IMG/VR virus record: IMGVR_UViG_2901146262_000001
Span: 1-64,000 of that record
Source of the DNA: a virus
Lineage: Duplodnaviria > Caudoviricetes
Direction: 5' to 3' (one strand)
DNA length: 64,000 nt
Shown here in pieces: positions 11,301 through 20,921 of the stretch. Position 1 is the stretch's first letter. Every line of letters begins with the position of its first letter. Both the position numbers and the translations under genes were made by a program. The notes beneath the pieces are model-generated. The model did not search any database and was not told where the DNA came from. It worked only from the letters and a program-made list of their open reading frames with translations.

Positions 11301-14300
11301 AAGTAGTGGAGTCTAATTTGGCTTCAATAAGTCCAGCTTGAATTCCAATCTGAGTCGAGTTTTCGGAAATTCTGCCATCGTGTTCGGATTCGATCCTTTC
11401 AATCTCTGCTGAAATCCCATCAGCTCTTACACTAATAGCAGTTACATCTTCTTCAATTCCATCAATAGTGTCGTTAAGACTACTAAAGTTTCCTTCCAAT
11501 CCATCAGCTCGCAATGATAGGGAGGTCACATCTTTTTTTATTCCTGTCACTTCACCAGTAACAGCATCAACTGTAGCTTCAGTGTCAGATACTTTGCCTA
11601 AGATTCCATCAATGGTTGCATCGAATTCAACGAACTTGTTTTCGTATACTTTAAATTCTTCGTCCATTTCTTTTTTTGTGTATATCTCAGACTTATCAGC
11701 CTTAAATTCTAATCCTTCTGCATGTATCTCTAGGGTTGATTCAGCATCTGAAATACGACCGGTTAAATTATCTACTGTAGACTGTTCTGCTTTAGCTTCC
11801 AATCCTTTTGCAGTCAGTGCGATTTCAGCAACGTTACTTTCTACAGATTCAATAATTCCTGCCTTGTCTTCTTGGTATATAAAGTCATCAACTTTTCCAT
11901 TTATTAGACCTTCTTGAATTTCTAGCTTGGAAGAGTTCTCGCTTACACGACCATCTATCCGTTCTACAACTTCGACGGCAGCTGATATCTTACCTAATGC
12001 ATCATCAACGTCTACAATTGTCTCGGTAATCTTTCCATCTAAGTCACCAATACGTTCTTGCAATTCTTCAGCTCGGTTATTTAAATCTGCAGCTACATCT
12101 TCTAACTCTTTTATTCCTTCTTCAATTTCTGCCTTCTCTTTACGATAAGATTGCTCAGACTTCTCAATATGTTCTGCGGCACCCTCGAACCCATCTTTCA
12201 ATCCTTCAGACATGTCAAATAAGTCTTTGATTTTTTGATCGATATTCCCAGTCTGCTTGTTCAATTCTTTAAGAATCCGCTCACGTTCAGCCTGAATCTC
12301 TTCTTCTGTATATTCTTTTCCCTCCAGAACAGCATCTTCACGCATTTGTTCGATTAGGTTGTCTATTTCTTCTTTTGTTTGAGCAAGTGGAACCCACTCA
12401 TCCTTAGCCTCATCATACCGCATTAACCTAGAGGGATATTGCGATGTATCTTTCCAAAGTCCACTCCTTGGTATTTTAGTAGGAGGTGTGTCTTGTTCTG
12501 GAATATACGTTTTGGTTATAGTGTCTTCAACATTTGGAATGACTTCATTCTCAATACGATCCATTTCAGAATCAACATGTTCCATTCTGTCGTTAAGATC
12601 GTCCAGCATTTCATTGAGTTCTCTTTGAAGCTTTTCTTCTAACTCGCCAATGATCTTGTCAGTTTCTTTTTTATTATCACTGGCTTCAGTATCGATTGAC
12701 CATTTTTTTCCGTCCCAAATCCTAGTTTTGCCATCTTCTAAACTTATCCAAACATCAGTAACATTAGGGTTTTCTGGCTCGTCTCCGACAGAATGGAATG
12801 ATCCATTTACTTTACCCTTCAAGTTGACATCTGTTCTGGGCTGATAGGGGGTGGAAGTAGGATTGTCATACTCCTCAATGCTAACCGGAGATATCTGAAC
12901 TTCTCCGTCGTCAACTCCTAAAGTCTCCTCGTCTAATTCTTCTTCCCAATCTTCTTCTGGGTCATCATCAGATTCAACAACAGATAAAGCCATAGAATTA
13001 AATGTTGACATCAATCTTGGTTCTGACGATGCAGTAGCAGGGGAGGGATGAACAGGCATAGAAATGTTTAATCCACCGACTCCATTAAATCTAACAATAT
13101 CGGACAATAAAATACCGTCTCTGTTGACATCTTCATCAACACGACGGTAAGCTTGAATTCCTATTGTATAATATAAATTTGCTGGGACAGAAGGGTAGGT
13201 AAATGCTCTCGTACCATACGATACACCTTTCTGATCCTCTTCGCCCATTTTAGAACCAAATTGATATGATTCATTATTTATGGAGTGATGAAGATAAATG
13301 TTAAATCCATCTATATTGTCTGCGTTTTTATTTGTCTTAGCATGATCTGGATAGTCCCACTTTAAGTTCAAGTTTACAGAACCATCGTCATTATCCTTGT
13401 GACTTAACAGTAGGGGGGTAGGTTTTGTTGGCTTTTCTGACAGTCTGTCATTACGTAAATTAAAGTTATATGCTGCCTTATTCCAATTAATTTTACGCTT
13501 ATTATGGTCGGTGTTAACTTTGTCAATGGTGTAAAATGCATTCTTTATTTTCGACTCATCCGATTCCGACTTTTTAGCATTAGAGACGGTAACACCGATA
13601 GATGGAGTCTCATAGTCAAAAATTATCTGCGAAAGATTGGCTTTAATATCAGTGCCAATCCTTTTATGGTCGATATGTATCGTGTCTCCAATTCCAAATC
13701 TGCCCCAATTATGTCCCTCACTGACCATTTCAAAAAAGTTAACCAAACCCATACTTACATCAATTGGAGGGCTATTTACTTCTTTAATTTGTTCTAATCC
13801 AGCCTCATATAGATCGCTTTCGTCAAATTGGTTGTCGTCAGTCCATTCGTCTACTTGGATAAAGTTAAACAATTCGTTTCGTTGATCTTTATCAAAGTGA
13901 TTTTCAATTTTCAGATCTTCACGTAGTTGTTTGACGCTTTCATCAATTATATTTATTTTCTTCTCAATTGCATTAACCTTTGACTGCTGGATCGATATTT
14001 GCTTATTCTTATTGCTACGATTGATATTTAATGCACTGGTAGTTTCGCCGATATCTTTGGCCAGTGTAATTGAATCTAGGATTATTTCCAGCTCTACTTT
14101 TAATTCAACTAATCTGTTATCCTCAGTCGTCATGTCCGATTGCAATTCGCTTTTTTCTTTTAGGTAATCACCAAATTCATCTTTTCTACCTGATACGTAC
14201 CTATTATACGAAATCAATGCCTTGGCCAAGTTGTCACTCATGTATTCACTATGAGAAATAACCTTGCCATTTTCATCCATTTCGAACGGGTATAGAAAAT

Positions 14301-15054
14301 ACGAAAAGTCATCTATGTAAGGTTGACCAGTAGGGTTGACAGAGTTTATTCTCATTCCATCGCTACCATATACATAAAGTCTTGTTACGATCTCATCAGC
14401 ATCAATATTCTCATCAATGTTTTCAATATATTTGCCATATCCAACTTTAAATCCCTTATTAACCTGTAATTCCTCTTCCTTATAAAAACTTACTGTTTTA
14501 TCGACTGTGTCAAAAACGGCTTTCCCTTTAAATGTATCAGCAATTTCATAAATAAAATCTAACTTAGTTTGACTCGATACTTCAAATTTCCGATGCTTCA
14601 AATTGAATTCTGGATTAATATACCCTACAGTCCAGTCAGTTCCGTTAAGAACATCTTGCATAACCATCAAACAGTTCATACTCGTTTCTTCATATTCAAT
14701 CATTTTGTCATACCACAGTTGGTAACCTAATGAGAAGCAACCTATATTTAAATCGTCGGAGTCATCCGACACTTTCCCTATACTATTTATAAGAAACCAT
14801 TCAATCTTTCCATCATTGACAGATTTAATAAGGAATTTTTCTTTAAATTTATCAGCGTGAGGATTTCTAACATTTTTATTACCTATGTCAACATAGAAGG
14901 GAAGGGTGAAAGACAATTCATTTATCTCACCATAGTTAACCGTCAACTCTTCATCTTTAATATGTTTTAATTTAGCGATCACAGTTTTATCTGGCTTTGC
15001 CAAAAACAGAGATGGCTTATTTGGCTCTAAACTATTTCTATTATACAAAAGCAT
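8302..15054 (-). CDS. Giant tail-tip / central fibre protein (YomG-like Tal domain, coiled coils, CBM-like modules)
   Basis: N-terminal prophage-tail endopeptidase-like region (IVTRLYVYG); long heptad repeats; two GGRNL...QLEKG..AT...APED modules; C-terminal LWSG...NGWIL.WS.Y domain. Confidence 0.85.
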   Translation of the reverse strand: MLLYNRNSLEPNKPSLFLAKPDKTVIAKLKHIKDEELTVNYGEINELSFTLPFYVDIGNKNVRNPHADKFKEKFLIKSVNDGKIEWFLINSIGKVSDDSDDLNIGCFSLGYQLWYDKMIEYEETSMNCLMVMQDVLNGTDWTVGYINPEFNLKHRKFEVSSQTKLDFIYEIADTFKGKAVFDTVDKTVSFYKEEELQVNKGFKVGYGKYIENIDENIDADEIVTRLYVYGSDGMRINSVNPTGQPYIDDFSYFLYPFEMDENGKVISHSEYMSDNLAKALISYNRYVSGRKDEFGDYLKEKSELQSDMTTEDNRLVELKVELEIILDSITLAKDIGETTSALNINRSNKNKQISIQQSKVNAIEKKINIIDESVKQLREDLKIENHFDKDQRNELFNFIQVDEWTDDNQFDESDLYEAGLEQIKEVNSPPIDVSMGLVNFFEMVSEGHNWGRFGIGDTIHIDHKRIGTDIKANLSQIIFDYETPSIGVTVSNAKKSESDESKIKNAFYTIDKVNTDHNKRKINWNKAAYNFNLRNDRLSEKPTKPTPLLLSHKDNDDGSVNLNLKWDYPDHAKTNKNADNIDGFNIYLHHSINNESYQFGSKMGEEDQKGVSYGTRAFTYPSVPANLYYTIGIQAYRRVDEDVNRDGILLSDIVRFNGVGGLNISMPVHPSPATASSEPRLMSTFNSMALSVVESDDDPEEDWEEELDEETLGVDDGEVQISPVSIEEYDNPTSTPYQPRTDVNLKGKVNGSFHSVGDEPENPNVTDVWISLEDGKTRIWDGKKWSIDTEASDNKKETDKIIGELEEKLQRELNEMLDDLNDRMEHVDSEMDRIENEVIPNVEDTITKTYIPEQDTPPTKIPRSGLWKDTSQYPSRLMRYDEAKDEWVPLAQTKEEIDNLIEQMREDAVLEGKEYTEEEIQAERERILKELNKQTGNIDQKIKDLFDMSEGLKDGFEGAAEHIEKSEQSYRKEKAEIEEGIKELEDVAADLNNRAEELQERIGDLDGKITETIVDVDDALGKISAAVEVVERIDGRVSENSSKLEIQEGLINGKVDDFIYQEDKAGIIESVESNVAEIALTAKGLEAKAEQSTVDNLTGRISDAESTLEIHAEGLEFKADKSEIYTKKEMDEEFKVYENKFVEFDATIDGILGKVSDTEATVDAVTGEVTGIKKDVTSLSLRADGLEGNFSSLNDTIDGIEEDVTAISVRADGISAEIERIESEHDGRISENSTQIGIQAGLIEAKLDSTTYQTDKSGILSEIEANKTLIQATSERVDLSVTKKEFEALVIGGRNLLRSYDKWEKTQASSIEIITPYKFKIIENGSPSTRLEFWVDVEPNTDYTITASVEYGRTAVYHEDGSVLVKLIDNNINETFNTGDATKVRVHHGKYSQEMRECTFSNTQLEKGNKATDWEAAPEDTDAQLETISDRISTTQADLSILAEGVSLKAEKSEVYTKTEMNTQLGDKLDTTVYSNKMSQLDVTIEGIQGSVSNIKSDVDGTKSQIADLSIRADGIEGSVSDISSGIDGISEQVASLSVKADRIETSVSNISVGGRNLWRWTDYETASLENIKNSYFHNFPSSSPVIRQANWGSVQGTFIEGRSVISYVGSVGERTEYAINPIDENGKYYMRLEPNAEYTFSMWYYHGGGIANLQMLVWAYDDDGSNRSNYIANRFSTEYHDKFKRLEWTFKTDDRVLYETRLYIRPDNARPDGTAMSYHMYQPQLEKGNMATSYQQAPEDIGSRMLIAESSIQQNAENINLKVDRDGIVNSLNLSSEGLKIDVNKMDVTGLVSFINSDGSTGTAINGSKLVTGSVTAKELNVNEIFGNSAVIGKIQADSVLTANLSASQITAGTFDAGKISVVNLSASSLIAGEIDASKVNIRNLNAAEMKTGTLTGVDITGVNITGSNFRAKDGDFTLQDNVSNVEYSVTPARNMIQDHSFEMMQPGYSSADSIKHNWVDIDKTINDKWSITGKPKIVTQFAPEDAKALAIHGNRAIAVKDANFVRQYIYEGVGGGAKFTISGFFKRQWNQPPGKPRFEVDVINAAGGRTRLINEIFETVPNDYSVVRRSSTFTVPSNFQIGGSLDVKISGGDSNWVHCDGIQMVEGDKPTVYQPEDSIWEITKGNYNVRNENRLLWSGAVYLRSDHVLYPEKPLEYCNNGWILEWSNYVIGDGATDSDWQYTYISKNTSVNATSSNGARVYLRSGNWDGNEVMKYFTIRGGGERLVGHDTNGQGQNRNMALRAIYEW

Positions 15055-15075
15055 TTACCTCCTTCCTTGATGTGT

Positions 15076-15885
15076 CTAAGAGAATATGTATTTATATCTA
15101 AATTGAAACTTAGCGTTGTTTGTGATTGTCAATATATTTCTTCCGTAGATCAGTTCTAGATAATTGTCATTAAAATCATCATATCTATACGTTCTTTCTT
15201 TATCCGTTTCGATAATTTCATTCTCGCAATCTATATCAAGCTTTTCTCCTATTTCTATATTTTCTAATTTGAACTCTTGATTTCCATTTGTACGATTAAA
15301 TATGGTTATATCACCGTCGCCAATCTTTTCAATCCAAATATCAGGATAAATGGAGAAGTGGCCATAGTTGTCTAATTCTATATCTGTAGTTCCCGTTGTG
15401 TCATCATTCCACGGCTGATAAATAGGCGTAGCAATGTCACGACTGTAACCTTTGCCGGAATTGCACCGCATAGAAAGTTTCAAGTAGCCTTGCTTGAGGC
15501 CATAATGCATCAACTCTATCCCATTGACGGGAATGACATAATACACTCTTTCCGTGCCATTGCTATAGTCATCCTCATCCTCACTGAAATACAAGGGTTG
15601 ATAATAATCCACATTCAGCCATCTGATCACTTCATCAATCAACCTGTCATCCCAGGTTCTCATGAACGCAAATTCCAACTCTATCGTTCTAGGTTCTTCT
15701 GATACATCTATGAAGTAAGGCTTTTTTCTTCCACGTATATAAACTTCGTTGATTGTTTTACTCGCCACAACTTCCTCCGACTGCAATCCACCTGAAATTG
15801 TAATGTTCTCTATGCCAAAATCTGTTGATTTTATACCTGCAAAATTAAAATATCTGCTTTCTCTAATCAAATTTGAATACACCAC
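15076..15885 (-). CDS. Distal tail protein (Dit; YomH-like)
   Basis: YFNFAGIKSTDFGI N-terminus and G.NIL.IT C-terminus; directly after the tape measure. Confidence 0.8.
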   Translation of the reverse strand: MVYSNLIRESRYFNFAGIKSTDFGIENITISGGLQSEEVVASKTINEVYIRGRKKPYFIDVSEEPRTIELEFAFMRTWDDRLIDEVIRWLNVDYYQPLYFSEDEDDYSNGTERVYYVIPVNGIELMHYGLKQGYLKLSMRCNSGKGYSRDIATPIYQPWNDDTTGTTDIELDNYGHFSIYPDIWIEKIGDGDITIFNRTNGNQEFKLENIEIGEKLDIDCENEIIETDKERTYRYDDFNDNYLELIYGRNILTITNNAKFQFRYKYIFS

Positions 15886-15892
15886 CTCATTA

Positions 15893-15925
15893 AAAATAGA
15901 GTCAACCCAAATGGACTGACTCTAT
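15893..15925 (-). terminator. Intrinsic terminator between tape measure and Dit
   Basis: ATAGAGTCA...TGACTCTAT inverted repeat, with a T-run on the minus strand. Confidence 0.6.
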
Positions 15926-15935
15926 AGCTTGCTTA

Positions 15936-18900
15936 TTAAATTTTACCGCCTTTTAGCTTGACTCCTTTGACGATATTCTTCCAATTCATTTCTGTCTCTT
16001 TTCTGCTGCCAGTAGTATTTTCGATATTAACGTGGACTATAGTATCTCCACCTTCTTTTACTTCAGTAGAAGATAGGGGAGGGGACTTAACTTTTCCTAT
16101 TGAGTTAACCATACTTCTAGTCATGTCAATTGCTTTTAGGAAATTGCTAGTATCGTCCTTATTTAGAATTATTTCTTTATCATGGACAACTGCAATCCCA
16201 CCACTATTCTTCTTAACAGATGTCATTCCACCCGTATCGAAAGAAGGGACTTTCATACCTGTAAAGTTTTTTCCACCCATATAAGCATTCATTTGACTGA
16301 TTGATCTTTTTAGGTTGTTTACAGTACTCTTGCCAAGGGCATCTGTCATGCTACCAAGTTGCTTATAAAATGAATCTAATTTATTTTTGATACTCTTTGT
16401 ATTGCCATCAATGATTTGAGAACGCATATCAGCGAATGCTTTTTCATCGTTTATTAAATTGTCATACTTAGTCTCAATTTTTTCTTTTTCTTTACCAAGA
16501 GCATCCTTACGGTCATCCATGCCTTTTTCATGCTGCATGTCATCTATGGATTCATCTAGCTTTTGAAGTTCCTCAGTTAATTCTTTAATTTTCTTTCTAG
16601 CAGCACCCGAATCATTCATTGACAACTTAGATATTTCATCCTCTATTTCCTGACGATTTTTTTGCTCATCTCTTAATTTTTTCTTGTAATCAGCTTCTTT
16701 TTCTTTGTCATCAATTTCCTTAAGAAGCTTATCAACTGAATCAAGAGCAGCATCTTTCTGAGCTTGAAGCGCATCCTTATACACAGATGTTAACTTTTCA
16801 GCCATACTGATTCGCTCCTCTAATACTGCTCTTTCCATATTCCACAATTCAATCTGACGATCTCTCAACTCATCATTTAAGTGCATCTTTTGAGCTTTTG
16901 TTAGATTCTTATTAGCTTTAATTTCTCTTTCAAGAAACTTAATCGAATCTTTTTGATACTTAGTTTGATCTTTCATTAACTTTTCACGCTTAAGCTGTTG
17001 TTTTGCCCAAGCATTCGAATCTTCACTATATCTAGATTGATAATAATCAACCTGAGCCAATCCTTTTTCAAGCTTTTCTTTAGAATGATCATAAGCTGCT
17101 AAATGAGATTCAACAATCGCAAAATACAATTCTTCAATCTGATCATTTATTTCCGTTATATCACCCTTAAGTCCAGCTAATTCAGATTTAGCTCCATCAA
17201 CATCCTGTTGTCCCTGTGCTGCAGTCTTGGATAAGTCTTGTATATAATCCATTGGATCAATAGACTTTCCGTTACGCTCAATACCTATATGGATATGATT
17301 TCCCGTTGAGCTACCAGTACTTCCAACTCTGCCAATCTGCTGGTTTGCACTTACATTTTGACCTTTCTTAACCTTAAGATCGCTCAACATATGCATATAT
17401 TTAGCAACTGTTCCATCGTCTTGCTGAACGACAACCCAGTTACCTGCAGTAGTGGAGTATCCAGCTGTTGTTACCTTGCCAGCACGTAGAGCCTTAACGG
17501 GATCTCCGGCTTTTCCGTTAGCAAAGTCAACCCCGTGATGCATCTTGCCTTTTTTTCCAGTAACCGGATGAGTTCGCTCACCATAAGGCGATGTAATCTT
17601 AAAGTTGTCAAGATAATAGTTAGCAGCCTTATTCATTGACTTGCTAGATGAATTGACTGTTTTCTCTGTAAAGGTTAACGCTTTACCAAAGCTCTTTAAG
17701 TTTTTCTGAACTATTTTTACATAGTTTTGAGTTTCCTTAAAAGGAGGAACTCCGCCATATTTACGGACGTTACCGGGGCCTGCGTTATAGGCAGCCAATG
17801 CTTTAGTTATGTCTCCACCGAATGATTTCAATTGTTGAGCTATGTATTTAGTTCCACCCTCAATATTTTGAGCTGGATTATACGAATTCTTAACACCTAA
17901 TCCTCTAGCTGTACCGGGCATTAACTGCATTAAACCTTGAGCGCCAGCACCAGACCTAGCTTTAGGATTCCAATTTGATTCTTGCTGTATTATTGCCGCA
18001 ACTAAAAATGGATCAACACCATGACGTTTAGCGGAGGCATTGATTTCTTTGGCGTATTTACCAGAATATTGTCCTTTTGACGAGCTGGCAGCTGTTGTAG
18101 TTTTACTTGTACTTGCAACACTACTCAGAACACCAGTAGGTACGATTGTTCCATTCTTAATCTGTTTTTCTAATTCACTAGCTTGCTTTTGTGTCAATCC
18201 ACGCTTTTCTTTAAGTAGCTTAATTTCTTTTTCTAGTGCATTTCTATATTGCTTAGAATACTCTGGATATTTAGATTGAATTGATCTTTGTTTTTCTAGT
18301 TGTAAGTTCAATTCTTCTAATGCTAATTTAAACTTTTCAGCTGCATAGATAGCACTTTCGTACTCTTTGGTCATTTCATTGACATCTTCGCCAGACTTTT
18401 TAGCTTTTTCTCCAGCTTTTTTAGCTGCATTCCCAGCCTTACCAGCATTCTTTTCTGCACTACTACCGACTTTATCCAAGTTCATAGCTATGCCATTTGA
18501 GTCTATATTTAGAGCTTGGTCAGTAACTTTATTAAACTCAGCATTTACTTTCTCTAATTCTGTATTAATTTGATTTCTATTTCCAAGTAAGCCAGTTCTA
18601 AGAATTGGCATCTCTACAACACGTCTTATTGGGTCGTCCGATACTTCAGCCATTAACTCTTGTGCCTGAACATTTAAATCAACTAATCCTTCGCCAGTTA
18701 CTTGAAGATACTTAGACCAAGCTCCGGCAAGCTCGTTGATTAAATTACCTTCCACTTTAGCCTTAGCTGCAGCTAACGTATTAAAATTTCCCAAGTCTAT
18801 ATCATAAGAATCATTAAGAAAGTTGTATAGTTGTTTGTAACCACTCATTGACTCCTTTAAGAAATGCTCATCATTTTCAAGCTTTTTTCTAAGAACATCA

Positions 18901-20921
18901 GTAGCTGTTTTACCTTCACTGATAGTTGCTTCTTCTAATTTTTGCTTTAATACTTTTTCATTGTCAAGATACCCTAGTAGTTCTGGATATTTTTCTAATA
19001 TAATCCCAATAGAATCCGCTGTTAAGCCATTTCCTTCATTTAACTCATCGATAATACCATTTAACTCAGATATGCTACCTGTAGCTTCATTATATGTATC
19101 CATCAGTTCTTCCATAGCTGTTTTCGAGTCTTCTACAGCTTCCTCGTTGTCGATAAACTGCTCAGTTACCCAATCTACTATATTTCCAACTTCGTCAAAT
19201 TTAGGCACTTGGCCAGCCACTGCATCAGCACTCAAAGCGAAGGCATTAGCAATATCGTGCTGTTCGTATCTTAATCCTCCCATTAAGGTGGCTAGATTAC
19301 TTCCTTCTATGCCAGCTTTTCTAAACTCATCGCTTAATTTTTCCCAATGAGCATCATCGTCAGGACTAATATTAGATATATCCTTCATCTTAGATTCAAC
19401 TAGTTCAATCTGACTCAAATCTAAGTTTTCAATTGTAAATCCGTCACCTAACTCGGATTTTAAGTCAACTATTCTTTCAGCTAACTTGTCAATTTCATCA
19501 ATAGAAGAGATGCCTTCTTCGTTTACTATGTTAGCTATGGTGCCCACATCTACAGAGGATAGATCATCAAAGTCAGAAATTATAGCGCTAATTGTTTGAT
19601 TTGTACTTTCCTGAATCTCATACATACTGTTAGAGGCTTCAATGGAGGCGTTAGACGCATCAGTAGCGTAGCGATTCCATCTCTCAATGTCATTCTCAAG
19701 ACCGCTTTCTTCTCTTGCCTTGAGCTTATCACCAGTTCCATCTCTACTCGCAGCTAATTTATCAGCAGCATCATTGGCCAGCTTAGTCCACTTCTCGAGA
19801 TCCTTTTCTTCATCTTCCATCTGTTGTCTATACTTTTCTAGATCCTTATTATTATCTTCAAGAGTAGAAGGGGCTTCGCTTCTTAACTGGGACTGTTCTA
19901 ATTCTATTTGTTTTTCTAGTAAGCCCACATGTTCGCGTACAGCTTCTGAACTAGCAATGATGGCCTCACCTTTAGCGTTTTCTCCCGTTTTGATACCCGG
20001 AAGAAGGGAGGCTATTTCATTTTGCAACCTAGCATATTCTTCTTCTTGTTCATTGTCTCTTTCGACATTAGATAATTTTTCATAACTATCAACTAATTCA
20101 TCTATATTTTCCTTTTCATTTCTTATGGAGTTTACTGATGTTTCATTTTGCTCTCTTAGTTCTTCTTTTTTCTGAATCGATTCCCCGAGAAGATTAATTA
20201 ATTTCTCGAGAGCAAATCCAGCAGCCATAAAAGCAGCTCCGACTACAGTAGCTGTGGCTAATCCACGTAACGCGTTTTTGAATACTACTGTTTTAACAGC
20301 AGCTCTATCCATAGATTGGCTCAATCCTACGGTGGCAAGTTGAGATCGTTTCATTTCGCCTGTGCCAAATATAAGGGCAGTAGCTAATGTACGAACTTTT
20401 GTGCTTAGCCCAACTGTAGCTAATCCAGCAACTCCCATTACAGGAGCCATTACGCCTACAGATTTCACTAATCCATCTGCTGAACTAGTAAGTCGTGCAA
20501 TTCCTTCAGTTACAGAAACAATTCCATTAGTAAGAACTGCATCTCCCATTGATCTACTTAATTCTACCCCGGCATTAGAAAGCCTGTTGTATCTAGCTTC
20601 CAATGACTTGGCGTATTCGGACTGCTCACGCATTGCCGATCCTTGGGAGTGGAGAGATGTTTCTGTTACGTCAAGAGCTGTATCATATTGTTGCATCAAT
20701 GTTAAAAATCTAGAAACTTGGAATCGTCCAGCAACATTTACGCCAATATTCTGTTGCTGTTCAGCGTTAAGAGAATCCCACTTTCCGGCTAAATCTCCAA
20801 GAATATCATCAACATCTCGCATACCACCAGCAGCATCTTTTGTACTGACTCCGACAGAGTCTAAAGATGCCACGGCTTCATCGAGTGTTGTTATTCTTGT
20901 GTATAGAGTTTTCAGGCTATT
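15936..20921 (-). CDS. cwlP: Tape measure protein, exon 2 (SLT lytic transglycosylase and M23 peptidase domains; CwlP/YomI-like)
   Basis: IIQQES...GAQGLMQLMP...AAYNAG SLT motifs; HHGVD, KYMH and STGNHIH M23 motifs; in frame with exon 1 after splicing. Confidence 0.88.
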   Translation of the reverse strand, partial: NSLKTLYTRITTLDEAVASLDSVGVSTKDAAGGMRDVDDILGDLAGKWDSLNAEQQQNIGVNVAGRFQVSRFLTLMQQYDTALDVTETSLHSQGSAMREQSEYAKSLEARYNRLSNAGVELSRSMGDAVLTNGIVSVTEGIARLTSSADGLVKSVGVMAPVMGVAGLATVGLSTKVRTLATALIFGTGEMKRSQLATVGLSQSMDRAAVKTVVFKNALRGLATATVVGAAFMAAGFALEKLINLLGESIQKKEELREQNETSVNSIRNEKENIDELVDSYEKLSNVERDNEQEEEYARLQNEIASLLPGIKTGENAKGEAIIASSEAVREHVGLLEKQIELEQSQLRSEAPSTLEDNNKDLEKYRQQMEDEEKDLEKWTKLANDAADKLAASRDGTGDKLKAREESGLENDIERWNRYATDASNASIEASNSMYEIQESTNQTISAIISDFDDLSSVDVGTIANIVNEEGISSIDEIDKLAERIVDLKSELGDGFTIENLDLSQIELVESKMKDISNISPDDDAHWEKLSDEFRKAGIEGSNLATLMGGLRYEQHDIANAFALSADAVAGQVPKFDEVGNIVDWVTEQFIDNEEAVEDSKTAMEELMDTYNEATGSISELNGIIDELNEGNGLTADSIGIILEKYPELLGYLDNEKVLKQKLEEATISEGKTATDVLRKKLENDEHFLKESMSGYKQLYNFLNDSYDIDLGNFNTLAAAKAKVEGNLINELAGAWSKYLQVTGEGLVDLNVQAQELMAEVSDDPIRRVVEMPILRTGLLGNRNQINTELEKVNAEFNKVTDQALNIDSNGIAMNLDKVGSSAEKNAGKAGNAAKKAGEKAKKSGEDVNEMTKEYESAIYAAEKFKLALEELNLQLEKQRSIQSKYPEYSKQYRNALEKEIKLLKEKRGLTQKQASELEKQIKNGTIVPTGVLSSVASTSKTTTAASSSKGQYSGKYAKEINASAKRHGVDPFLVAAIIQQESNWNPKARSGAGAQGLMQLMPGTARGLGVKNSYNPAQNIEGGTKYIAQQLKSFGGDITKALAAYNAGPGNVRKYGGVPPFKETQNYVKIVQKNLKSFGKALTFTEKTVNSSSKSMNKAANYYLDNFKITSPYGERTHPVTGKKGKMHHGVDFANGKAGDPVKALRAGKVTTAGYSTTAGNWVVVQQDDGTVAKYMHMLSDLKVKKGQNVSANQQIGRVGSTGSSTGNHIHIGIERNGKSIDPMDYIQDLSKTAAQGQQDVDGAKSELAGLKGDITEINDQIEELYFAIVESHLAAYDHSKEKLEKGLAQVDYYQSRYSEDSNAWAKQQLKREKLMKDQTKYQKDSIKFLEREIKANKNLTKAQKMHLNDELRDRQIELWNMERAVLEERISMAEKLTSVYKDALQAQKDAALDSVDKLLKEIDDKEKEADYKKKLRDEQKNRQEIEDEISKLSMNDSGAARKKIKELTEELQKLDESIDDMQHEKGMDDRKDALGKEKEKIETKYDNLINDEKAFADMRSQIIDGNTKSIKNKLDSFYKQLGSMTDALGKSTVNNLKRSISQMNAYMGGKNFTGMKVPSFDTGGMTSVKKNSGGIAVVHDKEIILNKDDTSNFLKAIDMTRSMVNSIGKVKSPPLSSTEVKEGGDTIVHVNIENTTGSRKETEMNWKNIVKGVKLKGGKI

